Virus record (IMG/VR): IMGVR_UViG_3300014205_000002
Span: 1-64,000 of that record
Strand: one strand, 5' to 3'
Length of the DNA stretch: 64,000 nt
DNA from: a virus
Lineage: Duplodnaviria; Caudoviricetes
Shown: positions 16,034-24,847 of the stretch, one piece after another
Numbering within the stretch: position 1 is the first letter of the stretch
Layout: each line of letters opens with the position of its first letter
Notes under the pieces: generated by a model
What the model saw: the letters and a program-made list of their open reading frames with translations, nothing else
The model's database searches: none
Told to the model about the DNA's origin: nothing
Position numbers and translations under genes: made by a program

Positions 16034-16780
16034 ATGCGTCCCTACGACCTGTTCATCAAGGAAGCCGCGGGCGGCATGGTGCCCTTCGACGGGGTCTTCG
16101 CCTTCCAGCAGCTGCGCAAGATGCGCGAGGGTGTCGGCGCGGCGCGGGGCATTCACCAGGGTCGCGTGCTGCGCGCGGGCGGCGTTGGTGCGGTCGTCGG
16201 CGGCGTCGGAGCAGCGGGCGCGGGTGCTGTCCACGATCACCACCAGGGCCAGGAGGTCACGCTTGGTCAGACCGCCTTGCGGGCCGCCGAGGGCGCGTTC
16301 ATCGGTGGCGCAGCCGGCGCGGGCGGCAAGGCCGTGCTCGATCTCGGGCGTCAGGGGGCTGCGGCGGGCGCGCGAATGGCGGCGGACGCCGTGGAGGCAA
16401 CCAAACGAACAGCCAGACCCCACAGCTACGTGATGCCCACGGGGCACGCTATCGAAGTCGTGAAGGTGGATACCGATGCCGCCCATCAGGCGTTCCACAA
16501 CATCCGGACGAACCCCGACATCGCGGCGATCGGCGACTTCGAGGGCCGGTACGGGCGCAAGGCGATGGCCCAGACGCTCCACCCCGACCACCTGGCGCAC
16601 GCAGGCATCGACGAGGCCGACCAGACGCGCATCAACCGCGCCTACCAGCTCTACAACGGCATAGGCGGAAACGCTGGCTCCTCGCTCAGCAAGGAGGTCG
16701 AAAGCAGGTTCGATGCGGCCTCTGGGGCGGCCCGCCTGTTTGCGGTGAAGATGGACCAGGCCCAAGAAGGCCTGTTCTAG
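16034..16780 (+). CDS. glycine-zipper putative internal head protein
   Basis: GAGGAG RBS; starts MRPYDLFIKEAA; G/A-rich hairpin. Confidence 0.7.
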   Translation: MRPYDLFIKEAAGGMVPFDGVFAFQQLRKMREGVGAARGIHQGRVLRAGGVGAVVGGVGAAGAGAVHDHHQGQEVTLGQTALRAAEGAFIGGAAGAGGKAVLDLGRQGAAAGARMAADAVEATKRTARPHSYVMPTGHAIEVVKVDTDAAHQAFHNIRTNPDIAAIGDFEGRYGRKAMAQTLHPDHLAHAGIDEADQTRINRAYQLYNGIGGNAGSSLSKEVESRFDAASGAARLFAVKMDQAQEGLF

Positions 16781-16781
16781 G

Positions 16782-18350
16782 ATGCGGGCCTGCGATCTGT
16801 TCTACGAGTTGTCGAAAGCCGGCGCTCTCAAAGAAGACTTCAAGCTGCGGCCGCACCAGCAAGTGGCGATCGACAAGCTGCTCGCCAACAAGGGCTCGCT
16901 ACTGATCGCCCATGGGCCGGGCACGGGTAAGACACCGACGAGCTCCGCGGCGATCGAGGTGATGCGCGAGAAGGGCATGGCCGGCAAGGCACTGATCGTC
17001 ACGCCCGCGAACTTGCGCGATAACTTCCTCGACGGCGGCATCCACAAGTTTACGACCAGCAAGGGCATCCGGCTTGGCCCCAAGGGCGAGGCCGGCTCGC
17101 ACCACATCGACCAGGCGACGATTCCGGACGCCGACAGCTATGTGGTTTCGGTCGAGATGTTCCGCAAGGATCCGCACAAGTACCTCGATCGCACTGGGGC
17201 CGACACCATCGTCTGGGACGAGGTCCACAAGCTGCGCGACACCGGCTCCAGTAACTACGCTGCGGCGATGGCGGTCCGCTCGCGCGTGAAGAACTTCGTG
17301 GGCCTCACGGGCACGCCAGTCATGAATCACCCGCGCGACATCGTACCGATCCTCGACGTGATCACCAACAAGAGCCATGGCCTTTCCGGAAAGGGCTCCG
17401 ATACCTTCGACAAGCGCTACATCGGCAGCGAGGTCAAGCGCGTCGGCCCGCTCGCCATGTTCGGCATCGGCCGCAAGGAAAAGCACACAGTCTTCCATCG
17501 CCAGCACGAACTCAAGGCGCTGCTCGGCAATGTCGTCCATCACGTCTCGACCGAGGATGTAGCTGCGGACATGCCCAAGAAGAAGGTTGTCGACGTCGAC
17601 GTGGAAATGAGCAAGCCTCAGCACAAGCTCTACAACTTCGCGATGCAGAAGGTCGATCCGATCACGCGCTGGAAGATCCGAAACAACTTACCAGTCAACA
17701 CGCGCGAAGCACAGCACGTCTTTTCGATGATCACCCAGGCCAGGCAGGCATCAAACTCCCTGCATGTGCTCGACAGCACCTACGACGCAGCGCGCTCGGC
17801 CGAGGACACCCCCAAGAGCCGGCGCGTGCTCGACGATGTCCATGAGCACCTGGGCAAGAACCCCACGCACAAGGCGATCGTCTACACCAACATGGTGCGA
17901 GGTGGCGTCGACCAGATGGTCGCCGGCCTCAAGTCGCGTGGGCACGATCCCGGTGTATTCATCGGCGCTCAGCAGATCAGCAAGAAGGAGCGCGCCCAGC
18001 ACGTCGAGGACTACCTCGCCGGCCGCAAGCGCGTGATGGTGATCAACACGGCGGGCACCGAGGGACTAAACCTGCCGGGGACGACGCTGCATGCGACCCT
18101 CGACGGCCATTTCAACCCTGCGGTGATGGAGCAAGCCGAGGCCCGTGGGATCCGTGCGGGCTCGCCGGTCAAGGAGGTCGAGGTTCGGCGCTACCGCAGC
18201 CTCGTACCGAAACCATTCGGTGTGCCCTTCCTGCCTCGCGAGACCTCGACCGATCAGTGGATCCACGGTATCGCCGACCGCAAGGAAACGCTCAACAAGA
18301 AGTTCATGGGGCTCATGAAGTCGGCGGCGCTATCCGGTGTCCGCCAGTAG
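16782..18350 (+). CDS. SNF2-family helicase/ATPase
   Basis: LRPHQ, HGPGTGKT, DEVH, LTGTPVMN, AGTEGLNL, FNPAVMEQAEARGIR. Confidence 0.9.
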   Translation: MRACDLFYELSKAGALKEDFKLRPHQQVAIDKLLANKGSLLIAHGPGTGKTPTSSAAIEVMREKGMAGKALIVTPANLRDNFLDGGIHKFTTSKGIRLGPKGEAGSHHIDQATIPDADSYVVSVEMFRKDPHKYLDRTGADTIVWDEVHKLRDTGSSNYAAAMAVRSRVKNFVGLTGTPVMNHPRDIVPILDVITNKSHGLSGKGSDTFDKRYIGSEVKRVGPLAMFGIGRKEKHTVFHRQHELKALLGNVVHHVSTEDVAADMPKKKVVDVDVEMSKPQHKLYNFAMQKVDPITRWKIRNNLPVNTREAQHVFSMITQARQASNSLHVLDSTYDAARSAEDTPKSRRVLDDVHEHLGKNPTHKAIVYTNMVRGGVDQMVAGLKSRGHDPGVFIGAQQISKKERAQHVEDYLAGRKRVMVINTAGTEGLNLPGTTLHATLDGHFNPAVMEQAEARGIRAGSPVKEVEVRRYRSLVPKPFGVPFLPRETSTDQWIHGIADRKETLNKKFMGLMKSAALSGVRQ

Positions 18351-18361
18351 GCGAGCTAGCT

Positions 18362-18481
18362 ATGAACCGGCGTCAGACGTTCGCGAAACTCATTGGCGTC
18401 CTGCGTCGACTGGCCGCCAGGTTGCGCGGGCGTGGCGGCGGGGCCACCGGCGGCATCATCAGCAACAACGGAGCATCGTAA
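18362..18481 (+). CDS. 39-aa basic peptide ending TGGIISNNGAS
   Basis: ATG 18362; its TAA overlaps the next ATG; C-terminus shared with the next ORF. Confidence 0.55.
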   Translation: MNRRQTFAKLIGVLRRLAARLRGRGGGATGGIISNNGAS

Positions 18482-18636
18482 TGAACAAGCAAGCTTTGCT
18501 TACTGGAGAGGCCGCGGAGGCCGTCGCCAAGCTCAAGGCTCTCAAGGTCGGCCAGATCGCCGCATCGGCTGCGCGCAAGATCCTGGCTCCGCGAGCGGGT
18601 ACGGGCGGCGTCATCAGCAACAACGGGGCCTCATAA
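18446..18636 (+). repeat. 36-nt imperfect direct repeat (18446-18481 and 18601-18636)
   Basis: accggcggcatcatcagcaacaacggagcatcgtaa vs acgggcggcgtcatcagcaacaacggggcctcataa. Confidence 0.8.
18481..18636 (+). CDS. 51-aa peptide ending TGGVISNNGAS
   Basis: TAATG coupling; same C-terminal motif encoded with different synonymous codons. Confidence 0.6.
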   Translation: MNKQALLTGEAAEAVAKLKALKVGQIAASAARKILAPRAGTGGVISNNGAS

Positions 18637-18639
18637 CCC

Positions 18640-19017
18640 ATGGCGAACCCTGTCTACGCCCAGTCCCGTGAACGCGATCAGCACCGCTGCCAGTTCCCGC
18701 TCGATGCCGATCACCGCGGCGACAGCTGGCGCAAGTGCGGCTCGAACAAGGAGCTGGCATCCCACCATCGCCAGATTCGCGGACAGGGCGGGCAAGACAC
18801 CCTCGACAACCTGATCTCGCTCTGTAAGCACCATCACGACTGGTGCCATACGCACCCCGAGCAGGCGGCCCAGCTCGGCCTGATCGTCATGATGGTAGAC
18901 GGACGCTACGACACGAGCCGCCACCACTGGATGGACGACCAGATCCCCGAGGACGGCCACTTCGCCGACGAGGACCAGGTGTTCGCCGGGCAGGATCCGC
19001 CGCCGCTGGTATGGTAA
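18640..19017 (+). CDS. HNH endonuclease
   Basis: RDQHRCQ...CG...HHRQIRGQGG...NLISLCKHHH. Confidence 0.85.
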   Translation: MANPVYAQSRERDQHRCQFPLDADHRGDSWRKCGSNKELASHHRQIRGQGGQDTLDNLISLCKHHHDWCHTHPEQAAQLGLIVMMVDGRYDTSRHHWMDDQIPEDGHFADEDQVFAGQDPPPLVW

Positions 19018-19019
19018 TC

Positions 19020-19030
19020 TGGTCAGACCA
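19020..19030. promoter_or_regulatory. palindromic TGGTC-A-GACCA operator-like site
   Basis: Perfect palindrome in the gap before the AGGAG RBS of 19050. Confidence 0.45.
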
Positions 19031-19049
19031 AGCGACCAGGAGACCACTC

Positions 19050-19733
19050 ATGCCCATACCCCCGTTGCCTCCGCTGCTGATGCCCGCACCAGAGCCGCTG
19101 TTCATCCCCGATCCGGAGCCGGATGCACGGTTGGAGCTTCCGCCCGTCCGTTCCATGCAGCCGGTGCTGATCGAGGCGGGGTTCTGGCTACAGGGGCAGT
19201 TCTCCGACGAGCAGTTGCTCAGTCAGATCGTCTATCTGCTCAAGCACAACCGCAAGCGCATCGGCCTGGTCCAGCAGGCCATGAGTGGCGAGCTCGCCTG
19301 TGACGACGGTGCGCTGCTCGCGCGCCAGCTCTCCTGGCTCGACTCCAACCTGTACTTCATCGGCCAGCTCGTGAGCGATGCGAACATGCTGCTGGATCTG
19401 GCCGAGAACCACTTCCGGGTGCCCTCGGGGCGCAGCGTTCTATGCACCGACGCCGAGGGTCGGCTGATTCCCGCCGGCGGCAAGGGTCGGGCGGTCGACC
19501 CCGAGAACGTCGACCCCGAGAAGGACAAGAAGTTTGAGCCGAAGTGGCAGACCCTGACCGACCACGATCGCAAGGGCGAATTGGCGGCGAAGTGCGTGCC
19601 GTTTCGACGGCTTCGCGACGAGTACCAGGCACTCGCGACCGCGATGGAGAGCCGGATGTACCTCGGCAAGGATGTCTTGCGCGACATCTCCTCGCGCGTG
19701 CGCGCCGCCGGCATGGGAGATCAGCGCCATTGA
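19050..19733 (+). CDS. hypothetical protein, Pro-rich N-terminus
   Basis: AGGAG RBS; helical composition. Confidence 0.65.
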   Translation: MPIPPLPPLLMPAPEPLFIPDPEPDARLELPPVRSMQPVLIEAGFWLQGQFSDEQLLSQIVYLLKHNRKRIGLVQQAMSGELACDDGALLARQLSWLDSNLYFIGQLVSDANMLLDLAENHFRVPSGRSVLCTDAEGRLIPAGGKGRAVDPENVDPEKDKKFEPKWQTLTDHDRKGELAAKCVPFRRLRDEYQALATAMESRMYLGKDVLRDISSRVRAAGMGDQRH

Positions 19734-19816
19734 GCGATCCGGGAAGCCTTTGCGAAACGCCATATCATAACTCCAGGGGTGGCCCAATCGTAGATGGGGA
19801 CGAGGCCTTGGAGAAA

Positions 19817-20068
19817 ATGGCGACCAAGTGTTACGCATACATCCTGGAAGGCATGACCGAGGCCGACCGAATCAGGCTTCACGAGATGATTCTCGCGGAG
19901 AAGCTGATCGCGAAGGCCGCGAGTCTCCAGACGTCCCGCGACAGCACTGGCCGCATGGTCCATAAGATGGAGGTGGTCGTCGACACAAAGACCACGCTCC
20001 AGTACATCGTGGACACCTTCTACACGGCCACGGATCGGGCGCTCGCGCCGGTGGAGTACCGCGGATGA
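19817..20068 (+). CDS. hypothetical protein
   Basis: GGAG RBS; ATGA coupling to the beta' C-terminal gene. Confidence 0.55.
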   Translation: MATKCYAYILEGMTEADRIRLHEMILAEKLIAKAASLQTSRDSTGRMVHKMEVVVDTKTTLQYIVDTFYTATDRALAPVEYRG

Positions 20069-21915
20069 TCACGACCGTCGGCGAGATCATGCTGCATGAG
20101 GCCTTGCCCGAGAACGTTCGCCCGACGGGCCCGATGAACAAGGGCGGCCTCTCCAAGCTGCTGCGTGCGGTCGCCGATCTGCATCCGAAGGACTACGGCA
20201 CGATCGTCGGGGCCATCAAGACGATCGGCAACCACGCGGCCTACGAGTCCGGCACCTCCTTTACCCTGGCCGACTTCAAGCCGCATGCAGCCGCGCGTGA
20301 CGCCGCCTTCGCCGCCCATCAGCCCGAACTCGACGCCCTGCATGCCGTGACCGATGCGACGCCGGCGCTCCAGCACGATCCCGCCCACCAGGGCCGGGTC
20401 GCGAGCGTCCACGCGCGCATCGAGGAGCACGTCAACCAGGGCGTCGCCCAGCGCATCCACGACGCCCCCAACGACTTGACGGCCTGGGTTGCCTCGGGAG
20501 CCCGTGGCGACGCCGCCACGGCCCGCCAGATGGTCGCGATGGCAGGCATGAACATCGACGTGACCAACAAGCTCGTACCCGGCATCGCCCGGCGCTCGTT
20601 TTCCGAGGGCCTCAGCCCGATCGACTTCCACATTCACGCCAACGGCGCGCGCCGGGGCGTCGTCAACACCTACACGAGCGTGCGCGAGCCCGGAGCCTTC
20701 GCCAAGGAGTTGAACACGCTGACGATGGACATGGTCGTGACCCAGGCCGACTGCGGCACCACCCAGGGCGTCGTCCTGCCGCCGGGGCACCCCGACGCCC
20801 TGGATCGCTGCCTCGCGCAAGACGTGCCAGGCATCGCGCACCGCAACGACATCTGGACGCCGGCGCTGGCCGAGGCCGCAAAGAAGCTGAACGGCACCAA
20901 GCCCGCCTTCCGCTCGCCGCTACACTGCCAGGCCCACGAGGGCGTCTGCGCGCGCTGCTACGGCCTGAATGAGGCCGGGCGCATGCCGCCCGTGGGCGAG
21001 CATGTGGGGCTGCGCGCAAGCCAGGCGCTGACCGAGCCCTTGACTCAGCTCGCATTGAATACCAAGCACACCGGCGGCGTCGTGGGCGCGGGCAAGAGTC
21101 CCTTCCAGCAGATCATGCAGGTCATGCACGCGCCGAAGAACTTCTCGGGCGTGGCGGTGCTTGCCCAGCGCGATGGCCCGGTCAAAGCGATCGAAGCTGC
21201 GGCCGCCGGCGGCTCACACGTGACGATCGGCGACGTGCGTCACTACGTCGCACCCGATCGCCAGCTCCAGGTGAAACTGGGTGACGTATTGCGCCGCGGA
21301 TCCGTACTGACGGACGGCACGCCGCACCCGGCCGAGGTCGTGCAGCACATGGGCATGGAGGCCGGCCGGGCCTACTTCGCGGGCAAACTCCAGCAGCTGT
21401 ACGGCGACGCCGGAATCCGCGGGCACGGCAAGATCTTCGAGACGATCGCCCGCTCCGTACTGAACCTCGGCCAGGTCGTGCATGCGGGCGACAGCGAGTT
21501 GATGCCCGGCGAGGTCGTGAACTGGAACTCCGTGGCCGCCCAGGTGGACGCCGCGCGCATTCAGACGGTGCCGATCGCCCAGGCCCAGGGGCGCATTCTC
21601 GCCTCGCCCGCAGGCAATCTCGACCGCTACCAGGTGGTCTCACCGAAGGCTGCGGGCGACCTCCAGCGCAAGGGCGTGAATCAGGTGCATGTCTACGCGC
21701 CCGACGCCCTGGTGATCAAACCGATGATGCTTGGCACCGAGCGTGCGGCCATGCACAAGGGCGACTGGATGGCCTCGCTCGGTTACCGCTTCATCGGCAG
21801 CCAGTTCAAGGAGAACGTCGCGGCCGCGGCCAGCGCAGACATCCACAGCTGGAACCCAATTGCGGCTTATGCCTACGGCGCTGAGTTCGGCCGCGGAGCC
21901 GAGGGGAGGTACTGA
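20065..21915 (+). CDS. rpoC: DNA-directed RNA polymerase beta' subunit, C-terminal part
   Basis: TTVGEIML, SGARG, SFSEGLS...GARRG (bridge helix region), DCGT, RSPLHC...VCARCYG, QALTEPLTQLALNTKHTGG (trigger loop). Confidence 0.92.
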   Translation: MITTVGEIMLHEALPENVRPTGPMNKGGLSKLLRAVADLHPKDYGTIVGAIKTIGNHAAYESGTSFTLADFKPHAAARDAAFAAHQPELDALHAVTDATPALQHDPAHQGRVASVHARIEEHVNQGVAQRIHDAPNDLTAWVASGARGDAATARQMVAMAGMNIDVTNKLVPGIARRSFSEGLSPIDFHIHANGARRGVVNTYTSVREPGAFAKELNTLTMDMVVTQADCGTTQGVVLPPGHPDALDRCLAQDVPGIAHRNDIWTPALAEAAKKLNGTKPAFRSPLHCQAHEGVCARCYGLNEAGRMPPVGEHVGLRASQALTEPLTQLALNTKHTGGVVGAGKSPFQQIMQVMHAPKNFSGVAVLAQRDGPVKAIEAAAAGGSHVTIGDVRHYVAPDRQLQVKLGDVLRRGSVLTDGTPHPAEVVQHMGMEAGRAYFAGKLQQLYGDAGIRGHGKIFETIARSVLNLGQVVHAGDSELMPGEVVNWNSVAAQVDAARIQTVPIAQAQGRILASPAGNLDRYQVVSPKAAGDLQRKGVNQVHVYAPDALVIKPMMLGTERAAMHKGDWMASLGYRFIGSQFKENVAAAASADIHSWNPIAAYAYGAEFGRGAEGRY

Positions 21916-22673
21916 TGTCGGAGTCGAACGCGATCATCGCCAACCAGGGCCTGTCGATCCCCGAGAACCCCGATGCGTTCGGGCCGCGGATCGACTCCGA
22001 GTTCGCCCAGAGCGGCCCGCGCAATGTGGTCCAGCGCGCGGCCGACGTCAAGTCGACGAGCTTTGAGACGCTCGCGATCTACTTCAAGATCGCCGCCATG
22101 AGCATCATTCAGACCCACCTGGAAGACGACGAGATCTTCCGCTTTATCCCCGGAAACCCCAAGGACTCCGGCTGCGTGATCACGACGGCCTACAACCGCA
22201 AGACCATTGAGGCCCGTGACCACAAGCCCCTGATCGCGGTGATCGGCCAGGGCATGCAGCCGCAGGAGGTGGTGCTGCGCAACGCCATCAAGGGCGCTGA
22301 GAACGTTGGTCCGATGCGTGAGGAGCGCGGCGTGGTCTGCACGCTGGGCGTGCGGGTGGCGATCATCCACCACAACCCCAACATCACGGACATGCTGGGC
22401 GGCTTCATTCAGGCCTGGCTCGCCGCCGACTCCCAGCTCATGCGCGAGATGTTCAAGTTCCAGAAGATCCACATGCCTGCGCTCTCGCCGACCGGGGCCG
22501 TCGAGGAGTTGCCCGACGTATTCAGCTGCAACGTGACCCTGAATGCCGAGGCGATCCCGCGGTGGATCCAGACCAAGGATCAGCGCATCATTCGGCGCAT
22601 CTACGGCACGATCAACGCGAACATGGGCGCGCTGGTGCAGGAGTTCATCTTGCCGACAGACGCCCCCGGCTGA
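21915..22673 (+). CDS. hypothetical protein, possibly tail completion/terminator-like
   Basis: Coupled to the rpoC fragment; alpha/beta pattern only. Confidence 0.5.
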   Translation: MSESNAIIANQGLSIPENPDAFGPRIDSEFAQSGPRNVVQRAADVKSTSFETLAIYFKIAAMSIIQTHLEDDEIFRFIPGNPKDSGCVITTAYNRKTIEARDHKPLIAVIGQGMQPQEVVLRNAIKGAENVGPMREERGVVCTLGVRVAIIHHNPNITDMLGGFIQAWLAADSQLMREMFKFQKIHMPALSPTGAVEELPDVFSCNVTLNAEAIPRWIQTKDQRIIRRIYGTINANMGALVQEFILPTDAPG

Positions 22674-22909
22674 TGGCGGGCCGACCTGGGATGCTCCGCT
22701 ACAGGCGGGCGCGCACGCGAGAGCCGGGCTTCCGGGGCCGCAAGTGTCCCGACTGCAAGCAGTTTTTGCCGAACGCACGCAAGCTCGACTACTGCACGCC
22801 CTGTTTCAATCAGCGCAAGATCGCGATGGGGCGCAGGGAACAGGAACGCGATCCACGCTGGCTCGGGCCCGAGGCCGCAGGGTTGCTGCGCGCGTGCGCC
22901 TGGCGCTAG
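22673..22909 (+). CDS. small zinc-finger protein
   Basis: TGATG coupling; CPDC...CTPC. Confidence 0.5.
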   Translation: MAGRPGMLRYRRARTREPGFRGRKCPDCKQFLPNARKLDYCTPCFNQRKIAMGRREQERDPRWLGPEAAGLLRACAWR

Positions 22910-23553
22910 AAGCGCAGTCCGGTCGCCACGAAAGTGCCCGAGCCGCCGGCGAACCCGCCGTACATACCAGCGCCGAAGAACCACTTGCCGCCGGTTGCCG
23001 CCATCACGCCGGCCTGCTGACCGTTCGCCTCGATGTCGAGCGACAACTCCATCGCGTGGACCTCCTTCGGTAGCACGCCCCAGCGGTCGAGCGTACCCAG
23101 GGGCTTGCCGCGCAGCAACTGAATGTCGCCTGCGAGCACGCCAGGCACGGTCGCGAGCATCACGCCGAAGCGGGCATGTCGAATGACCTCAGAGACCTCG
23201 GGGTCGATCGCCACGACAATCGGCTGGGGCGTCACCACCGGAGCCGTCGCCTTGGTGGCCTGGTCGAGCGTGATCGTGATCACCTCGTCCTCCTGGGCGG
23301 GCGTGAGCGAGGCGATCGCGCCTGGGCTCGCGTCGGGCAGGATCCGCGTGCGCTTGATCACGACCGTTGCCGTCTGCTTGGCCTCGGCAGTGGCAACGGG
23401 CGGCGACACCGAGGGGTTCGGGGCCGGTCCAAAGGTCGGTAAGGGCTGCTGCGGCCGCACGGGGTCCGGAAAGAGGTAGCTGCTGAGCAGACCGCCGACG
23501 ATCAGAAGGGCGACGAGGGCGGCCAGGATCGACAGCCAGGAGAACTTGGGCAT
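22906..23553 (-). CDS. membrane-anchored protein, possible spanin-like lysis protein
   Basis: N-terminal TM helix, Pro/Thr linker, C-terminal amphipathic beta strands ending in Phe; downstream of the holin. Confidence 0.5.
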   Translation of the reverse strand: MPKFSWLSILAALVALLIVGGLLSSYLFPDPVRPQQPLPTFGPAPNPSVSPPVATAEAKQTATVVIKRTRILPDASPGAIASLTPAQEDEVITITLDQATKATAPVVTPQPIVVAIDPEVSEVIRHARFGVMLATVPGVLAGDIQLLRGKPLGTLDRWGVLPKEVHAMELSLDIEANGQQAGVMAATGGKWFFGAGMYGGFAGGSGTFVATGLRF

Positions 23554-23560
23554 GAGAACC

Positions 23561-24142
23561 TCAAAGGAAGGGGTAGGGGGTGGGCTTGGGCACCAGGCGC
23601 TTGCCGTACCACTTGAAGAAGAGGTCCTCGACGGGCCCCTCGATGCGCTGGAGGCCGTTGGCGTCGAAGATAAAGTGGCCGTCGGCCGCAGTCTCGATCA
23701 GCACGCTCTCGTGGAAATACAGCCAGCAGGGGGCCTTCGCCCGCACGTTCGCCACGAGGTCGACGAGCGCGGCAAGAATGCTCGGGTAACACCAGACCAC
23801 CATCTGGATCCGCGTGACGCCAGGGATGGAGCTGGCGGCCGCATAACCGAAGGCGGCAAAGTCATCGCAATCGCACTCGATCGGCCAGGGTTGGCCCTCG
23901 CCGTCGAAGTCAATTTCCTGGTTGCGTGTCGCCACGAAGTGGATCGCCTCGGGGTGTGTGTAGCGATCATCAAGGCCGCCCAGGGCGTCGGGCACATACA
24001 CCATGTTCGCGGTCCGGTAGTTTTCAAGCTCCGCGAGCGACGCGAAGCCGGGCAACTCCCGGCGAAACTGGAGCCTCGCGCGCTCGCGGCTGCGCCAACC
24101 CTTGGCGATCATCCAGCTCTTGACGAGCAGGCTCAACAGCAC
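23561..24142 (-). CDS. transglutaminase/papain-like Cys-His-Asp protein
   Basis: CDCDDFA...FHESV...IFDAN; start uncertain. Confidence 0.55.
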   Translation of the reverse strand: MLLSLLVKSWMIAKGWRSRERARLQFRRELPGFASLAELENYRTANMVYVPDALGGLDDRYTHPEAIHFVATRNQEIDFDGEGQPWPIECDCDDFAAFGYAAASSIPGVTRIQMVVWCYPSILAALVDLVANVRAKAPCWLYFHESVLIETAADGHFIFDANGLQRIEGPVEDLFFKWYGKRLVPKPTPYPFL

Positions 24143-24146
24143 GGCG

Positions 24147-24773
24147 CTACCCCCCCATGGGGCCGACGGGCCCGGTCGCATTCGGGTCCGACGGAGCGTC
24201 CGGCCCTGTCGTGGGCGGCAGGCTCGGGACGTCTCCCATGGGCACAGGGTTCGCGCCCATCATGAACGGCGTCGGGAACTTTCCGGTCGTGAGGTAGGTC
24301 CGGATCGAGTCGAAGATGGCGAGCTGGCGCACGTCGAAGGGCAGGGTGCCGGCGTCGTAGAGGTTCTCGGCGATGCTCCAGAGTTCCCACAGTGCCATCA
24401 TGAACAGGACGCTCTTGAAGCCCCAAGTGTCGCCCATCAGGGGCACGGTGCAGGATCCGGCGATGTAGAGGATCATGTAGTCGCGCAGCTTGGGGAAGCC
24501 TTTCTCGCGCATCTGCCGACTGGTGAACGGTCGGCCCTGCTTCTTGCAGGCTTGCATCTTGGTGTACCAGTCGATCAGGCAGAGCATGAACAACGCGCCG
24601 ATCGAGATCAGGTGATCCGGTAGGCCGGCAGCGACCTTCACGAGCGCCTGGCTGACGAGTGCTGAGGCCGCGACCATGATCGGCTTCTCGCGAACCAGGT
24701 GCATCAGGTAGGAACTGTTCGCGATCAGTTGCTCGGCGCTGTGCTGGAGGTCGGTGCCGGTCTTATTCATCAT
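24147..24773 (-). CDS. phage holin (holin_4_1-like)
   Basis: LIDWYT...TSRQMREKG..K...ELWSIAENL with TM helices; AGGAG RBS. Confidence 0.8.
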   Translation of the reverse strand: MMNKTGTDLQHSAEQLIANSSYLMHLVREKPIMVAASALVSQALVKVAAGLPDHLISIGALFMLCLIDWYTKMQACKKQGRPFTSRQMREKGFPKLRDYMILYIAGSCTVPLMGDTWGFKSVLFMMALWELWSIAENLYDAGTLPFDVRQLAIFDSIRTYLTTGKFPTPFMMGANPVPMGDVPSLPPTTGPDAPSDPNATGPVGPMGG

Positions 24774-24808
24774 GGCGTCTCCTGCGCACTATCGGGTGTG
24801 GCTGAGAC

Positions 24809-24815
24809 TATTATA
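24809..24815 (-). promoter_or_regulatory. TATAATA phage promoter
   Basis: CCTATAATAG about 35 nt upstream of the holin start. Confidence 0.7.
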
Positions 24816-24847
24816 GGTTTCAGCGAGCGCCGCCCATTCCAGGCAAC

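Noticed and set aside
9898-21915. Bacterial chromosome rpoBC locus or integrated prophage
   Set aside because: No ribosomal protein or housekeeping neighbours and no integrase; the RNAP is divergent and embedded among virion genes
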